DNA of 64,000 bases from Candidatus Omnitrophota bacterium (GCA_903860135.1 CAIOPG010000017.1:203364-267363), one strand, 5' to 3'; shown: positions 26,727-37,496, counted from the first letter of the stretch. The notes: generated from the sequence alone by a model not told the origin. A program made the numbers and translations.

Positions 26727-29700
26727 TCAAGAGACAAGCTCAACACCATCACCCGACATAATGGCATGCCCGGCCTGCGGGAACCCGCCAACAGGCGTAC
26801 CAAAGATCGGGCCAAGGGTATTGGGCACATGCGGCAAATCCCTAAAGTTAAAGCCAGTGATCCCAGGGATCATCTCATGCACGATCGCTTCATGCGTCGG
26901 TTCATCCACAAGTCCAGACGACGGTGCCGGTGCTGGTGTTGGTGTTGGTGTTGGTGTTGGTGTTTCGGAAGGGAATAGCCAGTTGAGGTTATTACCGGAA
27001 TCCATACAGTCCGTCGTGCAATCCAGCTCCAGTCCGGATGCCTTTGAATCCTTGACGTCAAGGTAAGACAATGTTGACGTGCCCGTGAGCTTCAATAAAG
27101 CGCGTGTTCCAGGGACAGAAGCGCGGATATTCAGAGGATCTGTGGCACTGCCACCCTCCAGATCAAGTTCACCACCCACGACCTGTTCACTGCCCGATTC
27201 AAAGGTCAGCGTATGCCCGCCGTCCGCAAACTTCTTGAGATTATGGAACGTCGTAGTGCCATGGATCGCCTGGTCCGTACCATTGAAATTCACGGTCGAT
27301 GTCCCGGCATGGAATACCCCGTCATTCGTCCAATCCCCTCCAACCTCAACATCACCCGCCGTGGCTGTCACAGCCGCACCGAAGCCTATATCAACATTAC
27401 CGGCAAGGCTCCATGTCCCGGCATCATCGGCAGCATCATTGATCGACCCGGCTGTCACCGTCAATCCGCCCACGGTTAACGCATGATTACCGAAACTCAC
27501 ATCACCGGTGCCCTGCTTCGTGAAAAGACCTGTGATACTGATATCCGCATTGAAATTAACCACACTGTCTGTGTCGTTCACAATAGTGAAATCCGTCAGC
27601 CTGCTCACGCTACCTGAGCCGACCACACCTAGACCCACCGTGCCTGTCCCCGTATTCAGCGTTAACAACTCGGCCACCCCGCCCAGCGTGCCATCAATAG
27701 TGCCGGTCACCGTAATATTCTGGTCATTCGTGGCGACCACCGGAGCATGCCCTTCGGCTATCGTCAGTGCCCCGTCAATATTCAGATTGCCACCACCGGC
27801 AGACAGATCGATCGCATTATTGTCAAACGTCACATTATTAAAATGCTGGCCATTGGTTGCAATCGCCTGGGTGCCTGTACCATTAAACACAACACGACCG
27901 GTCCCGGAGTTGAACAGCCCTGCCGTCAACGCAAGATCAAGGCCGACGGCAAGCGTGTAACTGTTTTGATTGAACGTCCCGTCAGCCTGGATATAACTGC
28001 CACTAATAGAAAGATCCGCATTCTGGCTAACAACACCCGTATACCCGGGATCGATGTTCAACCGGGCAATGGTACTCGCAAAACCCGCATCGATCGTGGC
28101 ATTGTTGATGCTGGTGCCGTTGAAAAGAACATTGGTTGATGACGTCGGTACACCATGGTTCCAGTTGCCGGCCACAGACCATGCATCACTCAAAGCTCCA
28201 GTCCAGATATCTGTCAGGTCATTCACCCCGAATGTCGGATAGGAAACCCCTGATACCCAGATAAAATCAAAATCCCAGGGATTTGTCCCGTTATAGACCG
28301 TATGTGTCGAATCAAAGAAATCGCTCGCAGCCGTCGCTTTCTCCCATTGCCCATCACTGGTGGCTGAACCGCTGGCTCCAACACCATTATCAAGGGCGTT
28401 GTACCACCAGTTGTTTGTCAACGTATCGGTGCTAACAACATACCCCACAAGCCCACCAACTTCCGTTTCACCGCTGACACTACCCGTGGCGTAGCTGCTA
28501 TCAATGCTGGATAAATCAGAATTAAAACCAACAAGGCCACCGACATAACTGGCGCCACTCACATCGCCCGTGGCGTAGCTGTTATGAATGCTCGATGAAT
28601 CAGAACTATAACCCACCAACCCCCCAACATCCGAAATATTATTATCCCCGACATTCACATTGCCCGTGGCGTAACTGTTATCCATACTTGAATTATAAAA
28701 AGAACCTACCAGTCCGCCAACGTCCCAAATGCCTTCTCCCGTTACATCCACGTTGGCGTAGGCATTGCGAATAATTGTGTTATGACCCGAACCCACCAGC
28801 GCGCCGACGCTATTACCGCCTATGACCGACCCACTGATAATCTCGATATCATGGATATTAGTGCCCGTGGCATAGCCAAAGAACCCGATGTTGTCGTTAT
28901 TCGGCATGTTAATGTTCAGATGGCTGACAGTTTTGGAATTGCCATCCAGTTCATTGACACCAAGATACGGGATATACAACCCGGAAGAACCGGCCAGATC
29001 CAGGTTCGCAGTAAGTTTGAACTTATCGGTGCTGTGATCGAACTCTGCAAAACCTAAGAAATCCTTGAGGTCAGCAACGCTGGTGATTTCATAGAAACCG
29101 GCAACCAAATTCAAATAATCAGTGATCGCCAGCGATTTGCCATGGCCCAACCAGTCCTGAAACTGCCCGTCATAAATCCCGCCGACCGTTATGGCAGGAA
29201 CACCGTTGATAAGCACACTGTCAATGTTATAGAATGAATTGCTAATAGTGCCGCCACCACCGTTATAACCAACCATCCCCCCAACCGCCAGAATGGTATC
29301 CCCGCTGTTCACATTGCCCGTGGCATAACTATTTTCAATAATGCCATAATAATTATTTTTTCCAACAAGCCCTCCAACATTTTCACTGCCGAGCCCAACG
29401 GTCACACTGCCAGTGGCATAACTGTTAGAAATGACGCCACTATACACATTGCAACCAACCAATCCCCCGACATCCCAACTGTCATCCCCGCCGATCACAT
29501 CACCCGTGGCGTAGCTGTTATCAATACTGGATGAATCAGAATTATAACCAACAAGACCGCCGACCCACCTCACACCGGTCAGATTAACCGTGGTATGGCT
29601 GTTGGAAATGGTGCTGCTATAGTCATTACGACCAACCAAACCACCACTCATATCGCCAGCCACATCACCCGTGGTGTAGCTGTTATCAATGCTCGATGAA

Positions 29701-31361
29701 TACGCATTATACCCAACAAGGCCGCCGACATCCGAGGCTCCTGTGACATTGTTATTCACAAGTCCGACATTTTTAATAGTCGCGCCGGATACATAACCAA
29801 ACAACCCGACACAATTCGTTGAAGGACGATTGATGAAAAGACCCGAAATGGTATAGTTATCGCCATTAAAAGAGCCAGTAAAGGGCGTAACATCATCGCC
29901 GATAGGCGCGAATCCAGCACCTGCATTCCAGGTTGAGGTATCAGCAGCATTAATATTGTTCGCCTGTTTATAAACATTGCCTAGGCCTTGGGTCGGGATA
30001 TACTGCAAACCACCCACGACGTTAGACACAGAATAGATCATGTACGGATCGCCTGCCGTGCCCGATCCTTGTGACCTTGAAAAGCGCGCATGGTAATTGG
30101 TCTTGAGTGTTGCCACACTGAAAGCAGCTCCTGTGGAGGTGAACGTCCTGTCGTCCGTGGTCGATGCGTTGAGCGTCAGGAGATCGACACCCGTGATCGA
30201 ACCGTTAAGCGTGTCATTCACGCCCGTATACATCTCAAGGTCAAACCCGTTGCCAGTCAACGCAAACCCGTTCATGATGACCGAACCGGCCGTCCCGCTG
30301 CCGCCCGAATCCGCCTGGAACGTCGCGCTGCCGATCAAATTGACAACCCCTGTAAAATGAATATTGCCTGCATCCGATTGAATCCCGCCGACATCCCCGG
30401 AAATATTGATAGCCCCGTCCAAGTTGCTGTAATACCCATGCCCCACATCAAGGACGCCTGAAGAATAAAACGTATAGCCGCTCTCGTTCAGCTGGCTTGC
30501 CTGAATCGTGCCGCTGTTCTCAATACCGCCATCGGCAACAAGCTCCACCAAGCCTCCGTGTTCACGCACGCTGTTGGCCTCGATGATCCCTTCATTATTC
30601 ACAACACTTGCCAACGTTGTCTTCAACAGCGCCGCCGTTATCTGCACCTTGCCACCCGCCGCGCTGATATCACCCTTGTTCGTGATCTGCGCATCCGCCA
30701 GCTGCTGCGACACCCCCTTATTCACAACAAGGTTCACCAGCCCGCTTGGGTCAAAGCTCACCGCGATCTTCTCGCCCGACCCCATGGCCACACTGCCCAG
30801 ATACGCCGTGATCGTCCCGTTATTGATGATCTTGTCCGCCATAAAGATCAAATACCCGCCATCCTTGACCTTGATATTCGCATCATTGAGGACCTGTGCC
30901 GTAGCTGAGCCGCTGACCTTCTCGAAGGCCAGTTGACCGGTCAGGAACTGTTCGTTCTGGATATTGAGCGTTGAAGCAATAAGAGAAGCGACATTGATAC
31001 TGGCCGAGGCACCAATATAGACGCCATTGGTGTTGATCAACACCACTTTACCCGTAGCCAGAAAAGTGCCCAGCCAATTGGTTGTCGAGTCGGTAATGTC
31101 CCTGAAAAGAACATCGCTGGTACCAAGCACGCGCACCGTCTCACCAGCCCCGATACTGGTATCGCCGTGCAGGATCGCGCGGTCTTTAAGTGTGATGGTG
31201 GTGATGTCGCCGGATTTTAAGACGGAAGCATCCCCATCGGTCACGTCGACATTGAAAGCAAAGGCGGGGTGACATACAGACAAGAAAATGAAACAAACAG
31301 CCGTATACGCGGCCAGGAATTGCTTGATAGGAAAAGTAAATTCTTTTCTCGTTATGCACAT
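26727..31361 (-). CDS. Filamentous haemagglutinin-like TpsA adhesin with GLUG repeats
   Basis: TPS-like domain (VVLINTNGVYIG, LIASTL), many VGGLVG...SYATG repeats, Pro-Thr linker near C-terminus. Confidence 0.88.
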   Translation of the reverse strand: MCITRKEFTFPIKQFLAAYTAVCFIFLSVCHPAFAFNVDVTDGDASVLKSGDITTITLKDRAILHGDTSIGAGETVRVLGTSDVLFRDITDSTTNWLGTFLATGKVVLINTNGVYIGASASINVASLIASTLNIQNEQFLTGQLAFEKVSGSATAQVLNDANIKVKDGGYLIFMADKIINNGTITAYLGSVAMGSGEKIAVSFDPSGLVNLVVNKGVSQQLADAQITNKGDISAAGGKVQITAALLKTTLASVVNNEGIIEANSVREHGGLVELVADGGIENSGTIQASQLNESGYTFYSSGVLDVGHGYYSNLDGAINISGDVGGIQSDAGNIHFTGVVNLIGSATFQADSGGSGTAGSVIMNGFALTGNGFDLEMYTGVNDTLNGSITGVDLLTLNASTTDDRTFTSTGAAFSVATLKTNYHARFSRSQGSGTAGDPYMIYSVSNVVGGLQYIPTQGLGNVYKQANNINAADTSTWNAGAGFAPIGDDVTPFTGSFNGDNYTISGLFINRPSTNCVGLFGYVSGATIKNVGLVNNNVTGASDVGGLVGYNAYSSSIDNSYTTGDVAGDMSGGLVGRNDYSSTISNSHTTVNLTGVRWVGGLVGYNSDSSSIDNSYATGDVIGGDDSWDVGGLVGCNVYSGVISNSYATGSVTVGLGSENVGGLVGKNNYYGIIENSYATGNVNSGDTILAVGGMVGYNGGGGTISNSFYNIDSVLINGVPAITVGGIYDGQFQDWLGHGKSLAITDYLNLVAGFYEITSVADLKDFLGFAEFDHSTDKFKLTANLDLAGSSGLYIPYLGVNELDGNSKTVSHLNINMPNNDNIGFFGYATGTNIHDIEIISGSVIGGNSVGALVGSGHNTIIRNAYANVDVTGEGIWDVGGLVGSFYNSSMDNSYATGNVNVGDNNISDVGGLVGYSSDSSSIHNSYATGDVSGASYVGGLVGFNSDLSSIDSSYATGSVSGETEVGGLVGYVVSTDTLTNNWWYNALDNGVGASGSATSDGQWEKATAASDFFDSTHTVYNGTNPWDFDFIWVSGVSYPTFGVNDLTDIWTGALSDAWSVAGNWNHGVPTSSTNVLFNGTSINNATIDAGFASTIARLNIDPGYTGVVSQNADLSISGSYIQADGTFNQNSYTLAVGLDLALTAGLFNSGTGRVVFNGTGTQAIATNGQHFNNVTFDNNAIDLSAGGGNLNIDGALTIAEGHAPVVATNDQNITVTGTIDGTLGGVAELLTLNTGTGTVGLGVVGSGSVSRLTDFTIVNDTDSVVNFNADISITGLFTKQGTGDVSFGNHALTVGGLTVTAGSINDAADDAGTWSLAGNVDIGFGAAVTATAGDVEVGGDWTNDGVFHAGTSTVNFNGTDQAIHGTTTFHNLKKFADGGHTLTFESGSEQVVGGELDLEGGSATDPLNIRASVPGTRALLKLTGTSTLSYLDVKDSKASGLELDCTTDCMDSGNNLNWLFPSETPTPTPTPTPAPAPSSGLVDEPTHEAIVHEMIPGITGFNFRDLPHVPNTLGPIFGTPVGGFPQAGHAIMSGDGVELVS
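26923..26964. repeat. (GGTGTT)x5 plus 2 degenerate units encoding the TPTPTPTPTPAPAP linker
   Basis: Read directly. Confidence 0.9.
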
Positions 31362-31449
31362 ATTATATATATAACATATTAATTTAAAACGATGTTGTCT
31401 AAACTGGAAATAATGGAAAAGACCACCGGAACCGAGACAGGAAAGGATT

Positions 31450-32568
31450 TTATTTCTTTAAGAATGATTCAATAAAACACGGGGCATAACGCACCATGCG
31501 GTAGATCCACTGGCGACGGCCAAAACTCTCCGGATGCATGGAGTTGGCAACATCCTGACGTTGTGGGTGATAATATTCCCAAACAATCTCTCCCGCTGAT
31601 GTGATCTCAAAAGATCGCCCGCGCTCACTCTCGGTTACCAGCGTATTCCCGTTGGGGAAACGCTGAACATAACCTTGCGATAAGGTAAAGAAACCATCCG
31701 CCCGATATTCCCACGTGATCCGCATCGCCCGCGGGTCAAGTTCAATGACCCGTGACCAGCCGCGATAACGGCCATTCTCAAACACAAGGATCCGCCCGCT
31801 GGGCAGCATTGTGGGAGCATGCTGGCCTTGTAGTCCGTCGGGAATATCATCGGCAATGCATTTCCAAACAACCTTCTTCGTCACCTGATCCATGATAAAG
31901 ATCATACTGCCATGACGAAAACTGACCAGCCAGTTCCCTTCCCGAAAACGGGGATCGTGCGTGCCCAAAGCGTTCCTAGGCAGCAATTGAAAAGAGTTCA
32001 ATCGATAATAATCATAATTACCACCCCAGGGTGTTGCTCCCTTACGTTTGGCGGCTTCAGGCCAAAGAAATATCCTAGGACGATCCAACTCCAGCGGATA
32101 ATGCAATGACTGGAGATATTTCAAGTTCTCCCATGTCGACCAGCGCGCTATCTGCCGCCCCTGCAGATCAAACTCCACCACAGCACAAAAATCAACCTTC
32201 CGGCCTTTGTACACATGCATTTCTTTGGTCAGCGTGATGATCGTGCCGCGGGACGTATACACAATGTCGTGATGGATAGGGAAATCCTGTTCCCAGATCA
32301 CCTGGTCGTCAAACGTATACATCCCCCATTTGCACGACTCATAATAGGCTTGGGCTACGTATCGGCCATCGGGCAATAGAAGCCCCAGATAACGCGATCT
32401 CCACTGCTTCCAGCTATTGCCCTGAAGGTCGATCAGCTGGCCATCAAAAAGATTATAACCCGGTGAAATTTGTTGCGGCATACGCGCATGGGCACCCGAA
32501 AGCGTCGCGTCAAAACGCGGCTCTTCGAGTTCACGGAGCTTCAACTTTACAAGATCGGAAAATGCCAT
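31450..32568 (-). CDS. Arylsulfotransferase-like beta-propeller protein (paralogue 2)
   Basis: IHHD, YRLNS, SFRHGS, GQHAP, PNGNTLVTE motifs. Confidence 0.8.
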   Translation of the reverse strand: MAFSDLVKLKLRELEEPRFDATLSGAHARMPQQISPGYNLFDGQLIDLQGNSWKQWRSRYLGLLLPDGRYVAQAYYESCKWGMYTFDDQVIWEQDFPIHHDIVYTSRGTIITLTKEMHVYKGRKVDFCAVVEFDLQGRQIARWSTWENLKYLQSLHYPLELDRPRIFLWPEAAKRKGATPWGGNYDYYRLNSFQLLPRNALGTHDPRFREGNWLVSFRHGSMIFIMDQVTKKVVWKCIADDIPDGLQGQHAPTMLPSGRILVFENGRYRGWSRVIELDPRAMRITWEYRADGFFTLSQGYVQRFPNGNTLVTESERGRSFEITSAGEIVWEYYHPQRQDVANSMHPESFGRRQWIYRMVRYAPCFIESFLKK

Positions 32569-32569
32569 T

Positions 32570-33928
32570 TTAAGGTTTCAGCAAAGGATCGATCATGTTT
32601 GGGGGGTAACGGGTCATGCGGTATATCTCCTGCCGCTGGCCCCATTTCTTTTTATCTGTAGAATTCTTTTCATTCTGCTTGTCAGGATTGTAGAACTCCC
32701 AAACGATCCTGTTGTCCGGCGTTAATTCGAACACACGCCCTTCTTCTGCTTCCGTAACGAGCATATTTTGGTTGGAAAGTTTTTGAACAAACCCCTGGGA
32801 CAAAGAATAGAAATGCTCGCTGCGGTATTCCCAGACGACTTTAAGTGTCATGGGGTTCAATTCAAGCAAACGCGACCATTTACGATAACGGCCGTTATCA
32901 AGTAGAAGGATGTTCCCATTGGGGATCATCGATGGCGCATGCGGACCTTCCAGCCGATCCTTGACCTGATCATCAATGGCGCGCCAAAGGATTTTATGGC
33001 TATCCTTATCAAGAATAAATACCATGCTTCCATGCCGCAAACTGATAAGCCAGTTGCCCGGTGTAAAAGCCGGGTGACGGCCCTGTAACGGCGTGGGCGG
33101 CACAATAGACAAAGAATTAAGATGATAGTAATCATAATGACCGCCAAAAACGCTCTTAACCATTCGATGGTTCTGCGGCATGGGGATATTGGCGGGCATA
33201 TCGAGTTCAAGTTTCTTGTGGTACTTCTGGAATTCCTGAAGATGATCCCAGAAAGAATACCGCTGCAATTCATTGCCGTCTTTGTCATACTCGAGGATCA
33301 CATCGAACTCAACATCACGGCCATTATATCTGTGCACTTCCTTCGTGAATGTCATCACCGTGCCCTGCGGGGTCAATAACAACTCGTGATGGATGGGGAA
33401 ATGCTTTTCCCAGACGACTTTACCATCCCACGTATAACGGCCCCAGAGAGGCGCCTCAAAATATTTCTCGGCATAATAATCGCCATTCTTATCAATAACA
33501 CCCAAATAAATGCTCGGCCATTGCTTGACCACGCGCCCTTGGTTATCCATGAGTTTACCTTCATAAAGGTTATAACCAGGACTGACACGGGAGGTATCCA
33601 CGCTGTGCACCCCCGAGCGTGCGCGATCGAATTTTACAATAGACGGCATATGCAGAGCCTTGAAAATAAAGAAGCCGAACATACCCGAGACAATAAGAAT
33701 GCCCGCGAGAAAAAACACCCGGTGTCGGCACCATAAAAAACTAACACCTTTAATGATAATGCTGCGGAAGAAATGAATAACAACAGCAGAAGCAAAAGCA
33801 AAGAAAGCAATTATCCCGGTCAGTATCGAACTGATAAGATAACCGCCGCTGCCGGGGTCAATGTAAGCACCGGCATCTGCGGGGTACAATGAAAAGCAGA
33901 CCACCCATAGGATAAGATTTAAAATCAT
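32570..33928 (-). CDS. Membrane-anchored arylsulfotransferase-like protein (paralogue 1)
   Basis: N-terminal YIDPGSG plus TM segments; IHHE, YHLNS, SLRHGS, GPHAP motifs. Confidence 0.8.
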   Translation of the reverse strand: MILNLILWVVCFSLYPADAGAYIDPGSGGYLISSILTGIIAFFAFASAVVIHFFRSIIIKGVSFLWCRHRVFFLAGILIVSGMFGFFIFKALHMPSIVKFDRARSGVHSVDTSRVSPGYNLYEGKLMDNQGRVVKQWPSIYLGVIDKNGDYYAEKYFEAPLWGRYTWDGKVVWEKHFPIHHELLLTPQGTVMTFTKEVHRYNGRDVEFDVILEYDKDGNELQRYSFWDHLQEFQKYHKKLELDMPANIPMPQNHRMVKSVFGGHYDYYHLNSLSIVPPTPLQGRHPAFTPGNWLISLRHGSMVFILDKDSHKILWRAIDDQVKDRLEGPHAPSMIPNGNILLLDNGRYRKWSRLLELNPMTLKVVWEYRSEHFYSLSQGFVQKLSNQNMLVTEAEEGRVFELTPDNRIVWEFYNPDKQNEKNSTDKKKWGQRQEIYRMTRYPPNMIDPLLKP

Positions 33929-34011
33929 ACTGCCTTGATCCCCGTGTTTACTATAAAAACGTCTGAACGATAAGCATAAACACTCAAAAACCAAAGGGTT
34001 GTACCCATCGC

Positions 34012-35637
34012 TCAACCCTTGGCTTTGGCAAATTCCTCCCGCAGGGTTTTGACGCGCGCATCGGACAGGTAATCATCAAAGGTCGTGCCTGTGCGGTCGA
34101 TCATGCCGGCCGGGGTGATCTCGATGATACGATTGGCCACGGTCTGCACGAGTTCATGGTCATGCGAGGAAAACAGGATCGTGCCCTTATAACGCTTGAG
34201 GCCTTCATTGAGCGCGGTGATCGATTCAAGGTCCAGGTGATTGGTCGGCTCATCGAGGATAACAACGTTGGGCTTCATCAGCATCATGCGCGACAGCATG
34301 CAGCGCACCTTCTCCCCGCCGGAAAGGACTTTGGATGACTTTTGCGACTCTTCGCCCGTAAAAAGCATCTTGCCCAGAAAACCGCGTATAAAGATCTCGG
34401 ACTTCTCCTCGGAATACTGCCGCAGCCAGTCGACAATACTCAGGTCGGATTTAAAATACTCGGCATTGTCCTTGGGAAAATACGCGCGCCGCGTGGAAAA
34501 GCCCCATTTGAAAGCCCCCTGGTCTACCGGAAGTTCACTCATAAGCACCTGGAAAAGGGTTGTCCTGATCAGGTCATTGGTGCCGACGAAAGCCACCTTG
34601 TCGCCTTTCTGGATCGTGAAGGATATCTTGCGGAACATCGCCTGACCATCCACAGACCTGGAAAGATCGATAACATCAAGAAGATCATTGCCCGCTTCGC
34701 GTTCCTGCTCAAAATGAACATACGGATATTTACGCGACGACGGCTCAATGTCTTCAATGACAAGTTTCTCGAGGATCTTCTTGCGGCTGGTTGCCTGACG
34801 CGACTTGGACAGATTGGAACTGAACCGCGCGATGAAATCCTGCAATTCCTTGCGGCGATCCTCGACCTTCTTGTTCTCCTCACTGCGCTGTTTGGCGGCG
34901 AGGCGGCTTGATTCCGACCAGAACGTATAATTGCCGGAATATATCTTTACCTTCCCGAAATCAATATCGGCGATATGCGTGCACACATTATCGAGAAAAT
35001 GGCGGTCATGGGAAACCACAATCGCCGTATTCTCAAACCGGGACAGAAAGTCCTCCAGCCACATGCAGGTCTCGACATCAAGATGGTTCGTCGGCTCGTC
35101 GAGCAGCAGGATGTCGGGGTTACCGAAAAGTGCTTGCGCCAACAGCACGCGCACCTTGTCGCCGCCTTCGAGCTGTTTCATCTGCCGGGTGTGCGCGGAG
35201 GTGGGGATACCCAGTTCTGCCAGAAGTTTACCGGCATCGGATTCTGCGTTCCAGCCGTCCATTTCCACAAACTCGGCTTCAAGCTCGGAAACGCGCATGC
35301 CATCTGCATCGGAGAAATCCGCCTTGGCATAAATGGCGTCTTTTTCGAGCATGACATCAAAGAGCCGTTTGTGCCCCATAATGACCGTCGTTAAGACCGG
35401 ATACTCGTCAAAGGCAAAATGATCCTGCCGCAATACCGACATGCGTTTGCCCGAATCAATGGCCACCGTGCCTTCGGTCGAGTCGATCTCGCCGGAAAGG
35501 ATCTTGAGGAACGTTGATTTCCCGGACCCGTTGGCGCCGATAAGGCCGTAACAGTTGCCCTGGGAAAAAACGATATTAACACCGGAAAAAAGTTTCCGCT
35601 GGCCATACTGAAGCGTGACATTATTAACTGTGATCAT
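34012..35637 (-). CDS. ABC-F family ATPase (YbiT/YkpA-like)
   Basis: Two ABC domains, GANGSGKST, DEPTNHLD twice, no TM. Confidence 0.92.
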   Translation of the reverse strand: MITVNNVTLQYGQRKLFSGVNIVFSQGNCYGLIGANGSGKSTFLKILSGEIDSTEGTVAIDSGKRMSVLRQDHFAFDEYPVLTTVIMGHKRLFDVMLEKDAIYAKADFSDADGMRVSELEAEFVEMDGWNAESDAGKLLAELGIPTSAHTRQMKQLEGGDKVRVLLAQALFGNPDILLLDEPTNHLDVETCMWLEDFLSRFENTAIVVSHDRHFLDNVCTHIADIDFGKVKIYSGNYTFWSESSRLAAKQRSEENKKVEDRRKELQDFIARFSSNLSKSRQATSRKKILEKLVIEDIEPSSRKYPYVHFEQEREAGNDLLDVIDLSRSVDGQAMFRKISFTIQKGDKVAFVGTNDLIRTTLFQVLMSELPVDQGAFKWGFSTRRAYFPKDNAEYFKSDLSIVDWLRQYSEEKSEIFIRGFLGKMLFTGEESQKSSKVLSGGEKVRCMLSRMMLMKPNVVILDEPTNHLDLESITALNEGLKRYKGTILFSSHDHELVQTVANRIIEITPAGMIDRTGTTFDDYLSDARVKTLREEFAKAKG

Positions 35638-37426
35638 GCTGACTGCCTCTCGGGTTAAATTGCTTTTTCATTCCCTGTTTACCTAAAATATGAAGCGCCT
35701 TATCAATCCATGGCGCACTGCCGGGATTCTGCGACTGCACCAGCGCCCGCTGCATGGCGCGTTCATTATCTTTCTTGGGCACATAAACACTTTTACCCGT
35801 CAAAGGATGCTTCCCCGTGTGATACATGCACGCCGACACCGTCATGGGCAAAGGCAAAAAATCCTGCACCTGCTCCGGGCGCATCCCGTGGGATAAAAGG
35901 GTTGTGGCACAATCAAAAGCCTCTTTAAGCCCTGCCCCGGGATGGGCGCTGACAAAATAATTTACTAAAAACTGCCGTTTGCCCAGACTGGCGTTCATTT
36001 CATTAAAAAGCCGGACAAACGCTTCATACCGCGCATACGGCGGCTTGTTCATGAGCGCAAGGACCTCGTCGGATGTATGCTCAGGGGCCACCTTCATCTG
36101 CCCGCTGACATGATCACGGCATAATACCTTAAAATAATCGAGCGCTGCCGGTTCGAGCAAAAGATCATACCGCAAACCGCTCTGCACGAACATATGTTTT
36201 ATGCCCGGCACACGCCGTATCGCCGCATACAAGGAAACGGCCGCCCGACATCCTATATCCAGCGACGGGCATTTCGACGGCATCAGGCACTGCTTGCCGC
36301 GGCAAGCCCGGCCTTTATTCCACTGGGCACAGCTGGCGCCGTACAAATTTGCTGTCGGACCGCCCACATCCTGGATCGTCCCCCGGAACGCCGGATCCCG
36401 CGCCAGGCCTTCAGCCTCGCGGACAATGGAAGCCTCGCTCCGGCTCTGCACGATCCTGCCCTGATGAAAAGTGATCCCGCAAAAATTACATTCACCCGGA
36501 CAGCCGCGCAACGCCGTGATCGACCAGCGCACCGTCTCCAAACCCTTCACGCCACCCAGGGCATCGTACGACGGATGCCAGGTGCGCGCATACGCTACGT
36601 CATAGCTAGCATCCAGTTCCTGGGATGTCAGGGGCAAGGCCGGCGGCAACTGCAAGACCCATTGATCCGCGTGCCGCTGGGCCAGGGGCTTGCCATCTTC
36701 CGGTGCCATTTCCGCATACGCCAACCGAAAAGCTTCATTAAAAATTTCAGGGTCGCGGCTAACCTCTTCAAATGCCGGCAGTTCGATCGTGCCGGCAGGA
36801 AATTCCCCCGGCTTCCCACGCACCACCGTACCACGCACATCACGGATCGACGCTATCAGTTCACCTTGCGCCAGGCGCGCCATCACCTCAACGACGGACC
36901 GCTCCGCCATGCCGTAGATGATCATGTCCGCCTTGGCATCGATCAACACCGAACGCCGCACCGCATCATCCCAATAATCGTAATGCGCCAGGCGCCGCAG
37001 GCTGGCCTCAACACCGCCGAGAATGACCGGCAAACCCTTGAACGCCGCCTTGGCACGATTGGCATACACGATCGCCGCCCGGTCCGGCCTCAAGCCGTCC
37101 TTGCCACCCGGCGCAAAATCATCCCCGTGCCGCCGCCGCTTGTTGGCCGTGTAATGCGCGACCATGGAATCCACATTGCCCGCCGTAACGCAAACACACA
37201 GGCGCGGACGCCCCAGGCGCGTAAAATCATCGATCGACCGCCAGTCCGGCTGGGCAATAATACCGACGCGATACCCCTTGCTTTCCAGGAGACGTCCGAT
37301 CAAGGCCGTGCCGTAGGAAGGATGATCCACATAGGCATCGCCGCTGATGATGATGACATCCAGCTCCCCCCACCCCCGGGCCGCCAGCTCATCAAGATAC
37401 ATGGGAAGAAACGAAGTTTTTTTCAT
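35624..37426 (-). CDS. YgiQ/UPF0313 family radical SAM protein
   Basis: GDAYVDHPS, LRRLAHYDYW, GCPGECNFC, DVGGPTAN, KVAPEH. Confidence 0.92.
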   Translation of the reverse strand: MKKTSFLPMYLDELAARGWGELDVIIISGDAYVDHPSYGTALIGRLLESKGYRVGIIAQPDWRSIDDFTRLGRPRLCVCVTAGNVDSMVAHYTANKRRRHGDDFAPGGKDGLRPDRAAIVYANRAKAAFKGLPVILGGVEASLRRLAHYDYWDDAVRRSVLIDAKADMIIYGMAERSVVEVMARLAQGELIASIRDVRGTVVRGKPGEFPAGTIELPAFEEVSRDPEIFNEAFRLAYAEMAPEDGKPLAQRHADQWVLQLPPALPLTSQELDASYDVAYARTWHPSYDALGGVKGLETVRWSITALRGCPGECNFCGITFHQGRIVQSRSEASIVREAEGLARDPAFRGTIQDVGGPTANLYGASCAQWNKGRACRGKQCLMPSKCPSLDIGCRAAVSLYAAIRRVPGIKHMFVQSGLRYDLLLEPAALDYFKVLCRDHVSGQMKVAPEHTSDEVLALMNKPPYARYEAFVRLFNEMNASLGKRQFLVNYFVSAHPGAGLKEAFDCATTLLSHGMRPEQVQDFLPLPMTVSACMYHTGKHPLTGKSVYVPKKDNERAMQRALVQSQNPGSAPWIDKALHILGKQGMKKQFNPRGSQHDHS

Positions 37427-37496
37427 AGCGCCATCAGCATTAATCCCGCCTGAACAGCGCCATTATAAGGTTGATTGCAGGTTTGTCGATGAAATA

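Noticed and set aside
28400-29800. Nucleotide repeats in tpsA as a DGR template/variable pair
   Set aside because: Explained by GLUG protein repeats; no reverse transcriptase and no adenine-specific pattern seen
34550-34600. Degenerate second Walker A (GTNDLIRTT) in the ABC-F protein
   Set aside because: From memory, similar degeneracy occurs in YkpA-like ABC-F proteins; not taken as pseudogenisation
36194-37453. 419-aa plus-strand ORF (similarly 10841-11641 and 55697-56536)
   Set aside because: Antisense to well-supported genes in GC-rich sequence; no recognisable motifs
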